DNA of 64,000 nt from a bacterium (GTDB lineage Bacteria; UBA8248): contig CBDATS010000004.1 in NCBI GenBank assembly GCA_965200245.1, forward strand, positions 192,001 through 256,000, written 5' to 3'. This document shows, one piece after another, positions 46,652-55,513 of this stretch (the stretch's first letter is position 1; each line of letters opens with the position of its first letter). The translations under genes and the position numbers were made by a program. Under the pieces are notes generated by a model. It was given only the letters and a program-made list of their open reading frames with translations. It made no database searches and was not told the origin of the DNA.

Positions 46652-47560
46652 ATGAATCTCGAACCGAACACCTATGGCGTATTGCTCGGTGCGATAGCCT
46701 CGGCCGCATGGGCGGTTTTCGTCTATTTCATCAAGCGCGCGCTGATGAACGCACCGGTCCTCAAGGTCACCGCCGCCGTCACGACCACAAACGCCGTTCT
46801 CGTAACGCTCATCGCTATCGGCTTCATCTCGATCGACGATTTTCAGGGCGCCACCAAGTCCACTCTGATGTTCGCCTTCATCGCAGGCTTTTTTCATATC
46901 GGCATCTCGCGTTCGTTCTACTACCGCGCCATCCACCGCATCGGGCCCAACCGAGCCATCCCCATCGCGCTGACGTATCCCGTCGTCACGGCCGTGGGGG
47001 CGTCGTTCATGCTTGGGGAGACGCCGACGATCTCCATCTTCACCGGTCTCGCGATTCTCCTTGTCGGCATCACGCTCATCGTTCAGGCCGAACCATCCCG
47101 GGATGCGGAATCGAGCGAGCACGGCGCGAGATGGAAGCTCTTCGGCTGGATTTCCGCGGGCGTCACCTCGCTCTTGTGGGGCGTAGCAGCTATTTTCTTC
47201 AAAAAAGCGTCCCTGAACCTCCATCCTCTCGCCACCACCGTGATAGCGCTCTGGGTCGGGTCTGCCACCGCCACGCTTCTCATGGCACTCGACAGGGGAG
47301 AGGAATCGCGCGGATCCATTCCCGCTTCGGCCTGGATGTGGATTTTCGCCGCGGCCGTTTGCCAGTCGATCGCCGTACCTTTTTATAACTTCGCGTTCGT
47401 CTACACGCTGTCCGTGCGCGTGACGGCCCTCGTTTCCGCCCAGCCTCTCATCGTCCTGGTGCTAGGTTGGCTATTCCTGCGCGAGATGGAGAACATCACA
47501 CCCCGGCTCGTCCTAGGCGCACTCCTGACCGTCGCAGGCACCATATTCGTCATCATATAA
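46652..47560 (+). CDS. EamA/DMT-family transporter
   Basis: ~10 TM helices in two EamA repeats. Confidence 0.88.
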   Translation: MNLEPNTYGVLLGAIASAAWAVFVYFIKRALMNAPVLKVTAAVTTTNAVLVTLIAIGFISIDDFQGATKSTLMFAFIAGFFHIGISRSFYYRAIHRIGPNRAIPIALTYPVVTAVGASFMLGETPTISIFTGLAILLVGITLIVQAEPSRDAESSEHGARWKLFGWISAGVTSLLWGVAAIFFKKASLNLHPLATTVIALWVGSATATLLMALDRGEESRGSIPASAWMWIFAAAVCQSIAVPFYNFAFVYTLSVRVTALVSAQPLIVLVLGWLFLREMENITPRLVLGALLTVAGTIFVII

Positions 47561-47667
47561 AGTATATTAAGTCGAGAAAGGGTTCTCTTCTCCCCCTCGG
47601 GATGCTACTCTTGGACCTCCAATCACCCAGAAAAAATTCTGAAATCTTATCCGACAAGGAGAACAAA

Positions 47668-48144
47668 ATGAGCGAAGTCATTCACGTCACTAAAGCCCGG
47701 ATTGTCAAGGAACCCGGCAGGGGTATGAAGACGGGCTATCTCGACGCCTTCCCTGAGGACCCGATTCCCTACGGCATCCACGGAGGCATCAAGAACTTCT
47801 ACAAGGCCGAAACCGAAGAGGAGCGACCAGCCACGCTGGATCACCTCGCAGCCGCCGTCGCCGGGTGACTGACGGGCAACATGGGAGGCGCGCTGGATGC
47901 GCGCGGAATCAAGAGCAGCCCAGACAATCTCGTGGCAGAAGTGGAAGGCATCATCGAAAACGTGGACGGCATGGCCTTGGTCACCAAGATCAAGGTTCAC
48001 TACAAGTGCCGCATCCCCAAGGGCAACCGAGAAGAAGCAGAGCGCGCCCTCGCCGTGCACGAGAAGGGCTGCCCGGCCAGCCAGAGCGTGCAGCGGGGCA
48101 TCGCGGTCGAATATACGGCGGAGTTCGAAGAAGTGGACGAATAA
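47668..48144 (+). CDS. OsmC/Ohr-like thiol peroxidase, probable selenoprotein (UGA=Sec at codon 67)
   Basis: AAGGAG RBS and ATG at 47668; in-frame TGA at 47866-47868 in LAAAVAG*LTG; frame continues to HEKGCPASQSV and TAA at 48144 (158 aa). Confidence 0.85.
47888..47904 (+). promoter_or_regulatory. Candidate bacterial SECIS hairpin
   Basis: GCGCGC-TGGAT-GCGCGC stem-loop; loop starts 25 nt after the UGA and has G at its second position. Confidence 0.65.
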
Positions 48145-48373
48145 ATGGTGTGGGGGGCACCCCTCTCTCGTGATACGGTAAAATCCTGCACGGTCAAGCG
48201 CGGACCTGGACTTCTCGCTTTGCATGCAGCACCCGATTTTGCCTGTGTGGCAGTCCTTCCCCGGGGCTGCCGCAAGGTTTTCGGGCCGCCCGTACCACCA
48301 TATCGAGCCTTTGTTTCCTTCAGAGCAGATACACCGATCCACCACTATGATTCATTCTGGTTTTCAGGCTTTC

Positions 48374-50203
48374 CTACACGAACACGATACCGTAGCGATA
48401 CCGCCGGTCGATCGCCCACGCCATGCACAGGGAGAACCCGGCCAGGAGAGCGAGTCCGACCGCCTGTTCCCAGGTACCGACGAGCAACGCGCCCGCAAGG
48501 AACATCAACGAGAAAACGAAGACACTCAAGGCCAGCCACAGACCCGCAAGAGCCAGCATGGGCGCCGAACGCAAATCCGGCCCGCGAACCCGGTTCCATG
48601 CGCCCGGCGGACGTACTTTGAGCCAGAACATCCGCAAGACATCGGAGCGCACAGGTCTCGTGAGAAGCGTAACTGTCATCATCACCACGAAACCGACGCC
48701 CACTTCCGCCGCCAGCAAAACGGGAAATTCGGGCGGCTTCCCCCCCCAATGGAGATAGAGGGCGGTCACGCCTGCGGCGAGCATCCCTGAAACTTCCGTC
48801 CAGGCGTTCGCACGCCACCACAGCCAGCGCAGGATCACCGGAAGGCCCAGCCCCGCTCCGAGTGAAATGTGGAACTTCCACGCCACCTCGAGACTATTGA
48901 TCTGCCCTGCCACGGCGAACGCGCCGAGCGCCATTATCAACACGCCCAGGCGGCTCACGAACAAGACTTCCCTCGTGCCCGCTTTTTTTCGAATGAATCG
49001 TGCATACATGTCGTTCACGAGATAGCTCATCCCCCAGTTCAGGTGCGTGTCTACCGTGCTCATGAACGCGCCCAAAAGACCCACTATCACCAAACCCAGC
49101 ACCCCCGCCGGAAGGAGTTTCTCCATCAGGAGGGGATAGGCGGCCTCTCGGTCGGCCAGAATTTTCGCCTCTATCGTACCTGGGAGCACATCCATCCCTT
49201 TGGGGACCAGAATCAGGCTCACGAGGCCGACCAATATCCACGGCCAGGGTCTCAAGACGTAGTTCGCCACCGTAAAGAGGAAAGCGCCCGCTTGAGCGTC
49301 CCTCGGCGAGCGCGCCGAGCACAGCCTCTGTCCGATGTAGCCGCCGCCGTCGGCATTGTTGTGTGCCCACCAGACGACGAACAGGTATATCAAAATCACT
49401 TGCGCACCCGCCCATCCCGCACCCTCGGGTGGAAAGAAGGAAAGAATTTCCGCGGCACCTTTGGCGCCGTAAATCTCACCCAGCTTCACGCTCAGGCCGG
49501 AGAGCCCGCCCACAGCTTCCACGGCATACCAGGCGAAGAGACAACTGCCCGCCATCGCTATCAAGAACTGGAAAAGATCGGTGAGCATGACGCCCCTTAT
49601 TCCGCCCGCACTCGAATATGCCGCTATCATCAAGACGAGCAGAGCGACCGTTACGCTCTCGTTCACGCTACCCATCGTGAGTGCGGCGGGCCAGTTCGCC
49701 TGTATCGCCGCCCAGAGGGCAGGCGGGAGAACCTTCTCCCACTTGAGGAAGGGCTCGGCTATCTTTGCCATGGCACGAAACACCCAACCCAGAACGATCA
49801 GGTTCACGATGAGGGAGGAATAAACGGCCTTGAAGCCGCGCAGGAACGCGCCGGGTCCGCCGCCGTAGCGCAACTCGATGAGTTCGGCGTCGGTCACCAC
49901 GCCCGCGCGCCGCCACAGGGGGGAGAAGAAGACCGCGACACCTACGTTGCCGATGACCCACGCCCACCAGAACCAGTTCCCGGAAATCCCGCGCTTCGCG
50001 ACGATACCGGCCACGACGAGGGGGGTGTCGGAGGCGAAGGTGGTCGCCACCATCGAGATTCCAATCCACCACCAAGGGAGGCTGCGCCCTGCCACGAAGT
50101 AGGAAGCCAGGCTCTTCGATGCCGAACGAGAGGTGATCGTGCCGACCAGCAGCGCGAACGCGATGTAGGCGAGGATGAATGACCAGTCCAGGGCAGAGAG
50201 CAT
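48374..50203 (-). CDS. Sodium:solute symporter (SSS family)
   Basis: YFVAGRSLPWW, SMVATTFASDTP, AFMSTVDT; ~14 TM helices. Confidence 0.93.
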   Translation of the reverse strand: MLSALDWSFILAYIAFALLVGTITSRSASKSLASYFVAGRSLPWWWIGISMVATTFASDTPLVVAGIVAKRGISGNWFWWAWVIGNVGVAVFFSPLWRRAGVVTDAELIELRYGGGPGAFLRGFKAVYSSLIVNLIVLGWVFRAMAKIAEPFLKWEKVLPPALWAAIQANWPAALTMGSVNESVTVALLVLMIAAYSSAGGIRGVMLTDLFQFLIAMAGSCLFAWYAVEAVGGLSGLSVKLGEIYGAKGAAEILSFFPPEGAGWAGAQVILIYLFVVWWAHNNADGGGYIGQRLCSARSPRDAQAGAFLFTVANYVLRPWPWILVGLVSLILVPKGMDVLPGTIEAKILADREAAYPLLMEKLLPAGVLGLVIVGLLGAFMSTVDTHLNWGMSYLVNDMYARFIRKKAGTREVLFVSRLGVLIMALGAFAVAGQINSLEVAWKFHISLGAGLGLPVILRWLWWRANAWTEVSGMLAAGVTALYLHWGGKPPEFPVLLAAEVGVGFVVMMTVTLLTRPVRSDVLRMFWLKVRPPGAWNRVRGPDLRSAPMLALAGLWLALSVFVFSLMFLAGALLVGTWEQAVGLALLAGFSLCMAWAIDRRYRYGIVFV

Positions 50204-50290
50204 GTGCGCGTCTCTAAGATGGGGCAGACTTTGCGCGCATCCTACACGGATATGATTATGCGATACAGCAGACCTTCAGTCTCACGACGC

Positions 50291-50323
50291 AAAAACGCCC
50301 CGCACTGCGTACGGGGCGTTTCA
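50291..50323 (-). terminator. Intrinsic terminator (repeat copy A)
   Basis: Minus strand AAACGCCCCGTA-CGCAG-TGCGGGGCGTTTTT. Confidence 0.8.
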
Positions 50324-50374
50324 TGCAAAAGAGGACAGGCAAGCCGTCGACTGCCTGAACGGCCTGTCTCCAGA

Positions 50375-51538
50375 TCAGCGAGCCACGAAAGTGCGGTGCA
50401 CCCAACGGTTGTTCCCGCGCCGGACTTCCATGTACAACGCTTCGTCCGCCATGCGCGTTTCCAGGTTCATGCCGCCCGGCATAGCTCTCGAAACGGACTT
50501 CGCGGCACGCGCGGCATCGATGAACGCGGCGACCTCGGCAAGCGTCGGCTGTTTGCGTTTGCGCACTCCTGTTTCCGCGATGGCCTCCGTCGCAGCTGCC
50601 CTCAACTGGCGCGGCCACACCTTCCGGAACAGATCAGGGCTTCCGAACTCATCGCCGCTATTGAGCCGGCCACCAACTGCGAAGACATATCCCACTGCGT
50701 CGGGGTGCGCATCCAGCAGACTTCTCAAGGCTTTTTCATAGTCCACGAGGGCCGAGGCGAGGCACTTGTTCTCCAGGGACAACTGGAGGCTCGTGCGCGA
50801 GCGCCTGTCGGTGACCCGCGCCCCCACGGTCATGCCCAACGAATCCTGCACCATCCCGACCGACCGCCAGACTTCATTCTGAAGTGATCGGCCACTCGCT
50901 CGCCGACGCGCCCCCTGTGAAATTCCCGACCCAATTCGTATCCCTGACATCCCGATTCGATCGGCCTCGTGAACGGTCTCGATCCCCATTCTTTTCAAAA
51001 TTGCAATCTTGCCGGCCCGCGAGGGCATGCGGTATGCGGATGCCGAAAACTCGCTCACCTTCTCACGGCCGCGACCTGCCCATCTTCCCGACTCGACACA
51101 AAAGGCGCCTATGGGGAGGTAGCCCGAATGCGGGGGGATGATCTGGCTGGTGACCAGGACGCGGTCCTGCTTGCCTCCCTTGACGATGTCGCCTGCCTGA
51201 ATGAAAACTTCACGAGCACCCAGATTACGGACCATGAGTTGCTTGACGTTGCCGGTTTCGATGACCTTGACGAGACCCTCCTTCATCGCCTCGTCCAGGG
51301 TGACCGGCGTGGGACCCGTGCCTCGGCCCTCGCGGTGAATCAGATAGACGGTGAGATTGTTCTGCGTGTAGGGACCACTCAAGCGATAGTCTTTCATTGC
51401 CTTGGCAGAAGCCGTAGCAGGCGGCAGCCCGATTGCGATTACACACGCGGCTAAAACAGCGGCACCATACCCCATCAGCAGTCCAGAAGTCGCCCGCACC
51501 CGGCTGAAAAGGCGCGTTTTCGAAAACTCTGTGTGCAT
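50375..51538 (-). CDS. Exported ARPP-1/DUF6569-like protein
   Basis: Signal-like N-terminus; NLTVYLI, TLDEA, GDIVKGGKQDR and FCVESGRW motifs recalled for this family. Confidence 0.72.
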   Translation of the reverse strand: MHTEFSKTRLFSRVRATSGLLMGYGAAVLAACVIAIGLPPATASAKAMKDYRLSGPYTQNNLTVYLIHREGRGTGPTPVTLDEAMKEGLVKVIETGNVKQLMVRNLGAREVFIQAGDIVKGGKQDRVLVTSQIIPPHSGYLPIGAFCVESGRWAGRGREKVSEFSASAYRMPSRAGKIAILKRMGIETVHEADRIGMSGIRIGSGISQGARRRASGRSLQNEVWRSVGMVQDSLGMTVGARVTDRRSRTSLQLSLENKCLASALVDYEKALRSLLDAHPDAVGYVFAVGGRLNSGDEFGSPDLFRKVWPRQLRAAATEAIAETGVRKRKQPTLAEVAAFIDAARAAKSVSRAMPGGMNLETRMADEALYMEVRRGNNRWVHRTFVAR

Positions 51539-51706
51539 GGATTAACTCCTCTCTTACCGCTTGAAGCTGGCGGCGTAATCTCCTCCAAATCGATCAACAG
51601 CTGTTCACACAAGTTTTCACGTCATCCCGAACTTGTATTTATGACTTGGGCAGGTTCCCTCGATTTAACTTCCGGCTGTGCCGCGAGAGAGCACTTCCCA
51701 AGGCGA

Positions 51707-51739
51707 AAAAACGCCCCGCAGTGCGTGCGGGGCGTTTCA
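51707..51739 (-). terminator. Intrinsic terminator (repeat copy B)
   Basis: Minus strand AAACGCCCCGCA-CGCAC-TGCGGGGCGTTTTT. Confidence 0.8.
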
Positions 51740-51770
51740 GGAGAGAAGAATCTCTGGTTGGTATGTTTGT

Positions 51771-54017
51771 CTAGTTGTGGTTTCCGTTCGTCTTCAGTCG
51801 GCCCAGGACCTCCAGCACGTGATCAGGCGTGATGGGAATACGCGTGATGCGCGCGCCTATCGCCTGACCCGCGGCACAGGCCACTGCCGCAGCTCCTGCC
51901 GTGCAGGGAGGCTCGCCGATGCCCTTCGCACCGTAGGGACCGAGGCCCTCACCGGATTCCAGGATCACATTGTCCCACTCGGGCGTATCTACCGAGGTGG
52001 GGATGAGGTAACCGTGGAACTCGTTGTTCAGGAGCGCACCCTTTTGCGTGAGTACCTCTTCGGTCAGGGCATGGCCGACACCCATCATGGTGCCGCCCTC
52101 GAACTGCCCTTCCACGTGCTGCAGGTTGATGGACTGGCCCACATCGTGTCCCGACCAGTAGTTGAGTACACGAAGTTCGCCCGTATCGACGTTCACCTCG
52201 ACTTCGGCCGCGTGGATGCCGAACACATAATCCATCCAGCCGCCCGCGTCGCCGTATTGCTCGTTGCCCTCATACTCGTGCACGCCGAGCTTCGTCTTGC
52301 CCACGGTATGGAGATCGATCCCCATCTTCCTGCACTGGGTCACGGCCTCTCCGAAGGAGACTCCACGTTCCTCGGAGGCTTTCACGTAAGCGCGCCCGTC
52401 TCGAATATCCAGGTCATCGGGGTTCGCTTCCAGAAGCTCCGCAGCGCCTTTGAGGATTCTGTCTTTCAGTTCCGCCGAGGCGCGATAGCACGCACCGCCC
52501 GAGATCATCGTCTGGCGACTTCCCGCAGTTACGCCCACGAGCGGGGTGACGTGAGAATCCGACATCGTCACCGTCACGTCTTCGAGTGTTATCCCCAAAG
52601 CCTCGGCGGCTATCTGGCGGTTCGTCTGCATCTGGCCGGCGCCTACGTCCGATGCACCCGAGCGCACGCTCACGCTGCCATCCTCGTCAACGCCAACGTA
52701 GACCTCACCTTCGTTTCTCGGCCTTCCGTATCCGCCGATATTGGCAACCACGCCGACGCCCACGCGCCAGGGGCCGTGGTCTTTCTCGGGCACCCGGCCC
52801 GCCGGGCGGCCGATGAGCTTTTTCGTCTCCTCGACCAGTTCGGGCAACATCACGCGAGAAGGCACGGGCTGGTTCTGCATGAGGGTCTCGCCCTTGGTGA
52901 TGAAGTTCATCTCCCGAAACTCGAGCGGATTCATACCCAACCGCGCGGCGAGTTCATCCATCTGCGCCTCATAGGCGAAGCACACCTGGTTCGCGCCCAC
53001 GCCGCGCATCGCCTCGGTGAAGGGATTGTTCGTCCTGACGGCGCGTGCGCGGCCCCGTGCGTTCGGGATTTCGTAGGGGCCGCCGCTCACTACGAGCGCG
53101 CCCAGTAGCAAGCCCTTGCTGTTGGCCGTGTAGCCGCCAGCATCGCCGATAATGTCGATTTCGGTAGCAGTAAGCCTTCCGTCTTCCGTAGCACCCGTCT
53201 TGTATTTCATGAGGAAAGGGTGTTTCTTACTGCCCGTGTTCATGGTTTCTTCTCGCGAATAGGCCATGCGCACGGGTCGCTCCGTACGGATCGATAAAAG
53301 CGCCATGAAGGCACCGAGGAGGGGGTGCTCCTTGCCGCCGAACGCGCCGCCCAGCATCGGACAATCATAACGCACGCGACTCAGGGGCAAGTTCAGCGTC
53401 CGCGCTACGTTCTGGTAGTTTTCGATCATCTGCGTGGGCACACGGATGTTTACCACCCCACGTTCGTCCACCCAGGCGACGCCGCCTTCGGGCTCGATGA
53501 AGGCATGATCCAAGCAGGCAGAGAAATAGGTATTCTCGACGATCACGTCCGCCTCGGCGAAGCCCGCCTCGATGTCTCCCTTGTCCGTCTTCCAGTCGCA
53601 GACCACTTCGCCTTCCTCGAGCGTGGTGAAGTCATACGCACCGGGCAGCGGATCATAGGCGACACGCACGAGCGAGGCCGCCTCTTCGGCTAGGTCCCGC
53701 GTGTCGGCGGCTACGAGCGCTATGGCGTCGCCGATGTCCAGAACGACGTCATCAGCCAGCACAGGGAAATCAGGATATCGGCCCGCATTCAGCCCGGGAA
53801 TGTCCTTCGCTGTGAGGACGCAGTGTACCCCCGGAAGGGCGAGTGCCTCACTCGTGTCTATTTCCAGTATCCGCGCAGGTGTCATAGAGGCACGGACGGC
53901 TTTCCCGTAAATCTCGCCCGGCATATGGAAATCATCGCCGTAGACCGTATCGCCGACCGCCTTCGCCAAGGCGTCTTCTTTCGTCGGCGACGCGCCGACA
54001 TGCGTCAACTGAGCCAT
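51771..54017 (-). CDS. Xanthine dehydrogenase-family molybdopterin-binding subunit
   Basis: GGAFGGK, AMRGVG, TAGSR, EGQFEGG, GAKGIGEPP. Confidence 0.93.
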   Translation of the reverse strand: MAQLTHVGASPTKEDALAKAVGDTVYGDDFHMPGEIYGKAVRASMTPARILEIDTSEALALPGVHCVLTAKDIPGLNAGRYPDFPVLADDVVLDIGDAIALVAADTRDLAEEAASLVRVAYDPLPGAYDFTTLEEGEVVCDWKTDKGDIEAGFAEADVIVENTYFSACLDHAFIEPEGGVAWVDERGVVNIRVPTQMIENYQNVARTLNLPLSRVRYDCPMLGGAFGGKEHPLLGAFMALLSIRTERPVRMAYSREETMNTGSKKHPFLMKYKTGATEDGRLTATEIDIIGDAGGYTANSKGLLLGALVVSGGPYEIPNARGRARAVRTNNPFTEAMRGVGANQVCFAYEAQMDELAARLGMNPLEFREMNFITKGETLMQNQPVPSRVMLPELVEETKKLIGRPAGRVPEKDHGPWRVGVGVVANIGGYGRPRNEGEVYVGVDEDGSVSVRSGASDVGAGQMQTNRQIAAEALGITLEDVTVTMSDSHVTPLVGVTAGSRQTMISGGACYRASAELKDRILKGAAELLEANPDDLDIRDGRAYVKASEERGVSFGEAVTQCRKMGIDLHTVGKTKLGVHEYEGNEQYGDAGGWMDYVFGIHAAEVEVNVDTGELRVLNYWSGHDVGQSINLQHVEGQFEGGTMMGVGHALTEEVLTQKGALLNNEFHGYLIPTSVDTPEWDNVILESGEGLGPYGAKGIGEPPCTAGAAAVACAAGQAIGARITRIPITPDHVLEVLGRLKTNGNHN

Positions 54018-54042
54018 TGTCTCCTCCAATATTTTGAAAGAG

Positions 54043-55041
54043 CTACCCTCGCAGGGCCGCTACGTCCAGGACCTCGCCCGTCACAGCACTCTGCACGACT
54101 GCCTCGAGCACGGCAACGACCTCGAGTCCTTCGGGTCCGCCCGTCTCGGGAGTGGCCTCGCCGCGGATGCACTTGCAGAACTCACCCATCTCGTCCGCCA
54201 GGGCGTCTCCGCCCACGACCTCAACCTCGGTGCGCGCCTCCTCGCCCACTTTGGCTACGTAGAGCTTTCCGCCCTCTTCTTCGCTGTAAGCGCGCATTTT
54301 CGTGCCGAAGGCTGCCGTGTCACAGATCTTTGGAACGACGAAAGAGGAGCCGATGTGGCCTAGCGGGCCACTCTCGTACTCGATGATGATGTTCGTCGCA
54401 TCGTCCAGGTTCGTCTTGCCGAGCAACTTCTTGCTGAAGGCAGCCACACGCTTCGCGGGACCTGCCAAGTACTGAAGGTTGTCGATCATGTGGACACCCA
54501 GGCCCGTCATGGAACCCGCAGGGCATTCGGTGGGGTCATTGCGCCAGCCCGACCTGGCTTCGAAACCCATGGGCAGCGAAAGGTTGGCCTCAAGTTGATG
54601 CACTACTCCGAGTTCACCCGCATCGATCATCCGCTTGATCTCGCGATTCGCGCCGAAGCGGCGGCGGTGGTGTCCAACCTGCAGGGTGACGTTCGCGGCG
54701 GAAGTTGCCTCGACCGCCTTTTTGGCCTCATCGACGGTGAGGGTGAGCGGCTTCTCGACAAACACGTGCTTGCCTGCCGACGCTGCCGAAGAAATCATGT
54801 CCAAATGCGTGGAGTGAGGCGTCGCGATGATGACGCCTTCGACCTCCGGGTCGTTCCATACTTCATCCAGACTACCTGCCATCCGGCAGCCGTGTTTCTC
54901 TGAAAACGCCTTGCGAGCCTCCTCGCTGCGCGCGAAACCCGTCACCACCTCGCCCGAACCACTGCGGTTCAGGGCGTCCACCAGAACGCCGCCCCACCAG
55001 CCAAGACCGATAGAGGCAAGTCGCACCTTTTCATCAGCCAT
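54043..55041 (-). CDS. Gfo/Idh/MocA-family oxidoreductase
   Basis: IGLGWWG, ATPHSTH, GKHVFVEKPL, GVHMID. Confidence 0.93.
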   Translation of the reverse strand: MADEKVRLASIGLGWWGGVLVDALNRSGSGEVVTGFARSEEARKAFSEKHGCRMAGSLDEVWNDPEVEGVIIATPHSTHLDMISSAASAGKHVFVEKPLTLTVDEAKKAVEATSAANVTLQVGHHRRRFGANREIKRMIDAGELGVVHQLEANLSLPMGFEARSGWRNDPTECPAGSMTGLGVHMIDNLQYLAGPAKRVAAFSKKLLGKTNLDDATNIIIEYESGPLGHIGSSFVVPKICDTAAFGTKMRAYSEEEGGKLYVAKVGEEARTEVEVVGGDALADEMGEFCKCIRGEATPETGGPEGLEVVAVLEAVVQSAVTGEVLDVAALRG

Positions 55042-55183
55042 GATTCGACTCCTCATTTACCGAATGGATGAATTCGCGGCGTTCCATGGAACATCGCGTC
55101 GAACAGACACCGCATGATTTTGTGCAGGCCGCACCATAACCCAACAAGGTGTACTTGAAAACCACGCCCGAGAAAAACAGGTC

Positions 55184-55215
55184 AAAAAAAACCTCCTCCC
55201 GTCTCCGGGAGGAGG
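55184..55215 (-). terminator. Strong intrinsic terminator
   Basis: Minus strand CCTCCTCCCG-GAGA-CGGGAGGAGG-TTTTTTTT (GNRA loop). Confidence 0.88.
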
Positions 55216-55336
55216 CTCTCGCAAGGGGTAGTTGCGAGATGTATGATTGCGTGGCGGAGGAGTGCCGACCCGATCAGCTACCCCTCTCGCCAGCCTGCCG
55301 GGGCGTGCCGCCTATGAACGCCCCGACCGGCTTGCT
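55184..55336 (-). ncRNA. Candidate sigma54-dependent structured sRNA (~150 nt)
   Basis: Bounded by a -24/-12 promoter and a terminator; several GC-rich stems; no AUG in the predicted transcript. Confidence 0.65.
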
Positions 55337-55346
55337 CTTATTATCT

Positions 55347-55362
55347 TGCAAGCACCGTACCA
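55347..55362 (-). promoter_or_regulatory. Sigma54 (-24/-12) promoter
   Basis: TGGTACGGTGCTTGCA versus consensus TGGCACGNNNNTTGCW; exact GG-N10-GC spacing. Confidence 0.8.
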
Positions 55363-55390
55363 TTTTTTATTTTTCGGAAAAGTCTTTATA

Positions 55391-55403
55391 TATCAATGAA
55401 TTA
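55391..55403 (+). promoter_or_regulatory. IHF-binding site
   Basis: TATCAATGAATTA is a perfect match to WATCAANNNNTTR, in an AT-rich stretch upstream of the sigma54 promoter. Confidence 0.7.
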
Positions 55404-55513
55404 CAATTCTGCGCAGGCCCGCCGAATTGCCACTTTGTCACAAGTCACCGGACAACGACGACAAAACGTCATGGGAAAAAATCAATTTCAATTCCGTGGG
55501 GGAATTCTTCTCT

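Noticed and set aside
47881-48144. 87-aa stand-alone ORF, or an OsmC pseudogene
   Set aside because: It has no RBS and lacks the first half of the fold; Sec read-through from 47668 explains it better (pseudogene not fully excluded)
55184-55336. Known riboswitch (Moco/Wco, ZTP, TPP, cobalamin, SAM) upstream of the oxidoreductase genes
   Set aside because: I could not find the conserved core motifs of these families by eye; a cmscan is needed to exclude them
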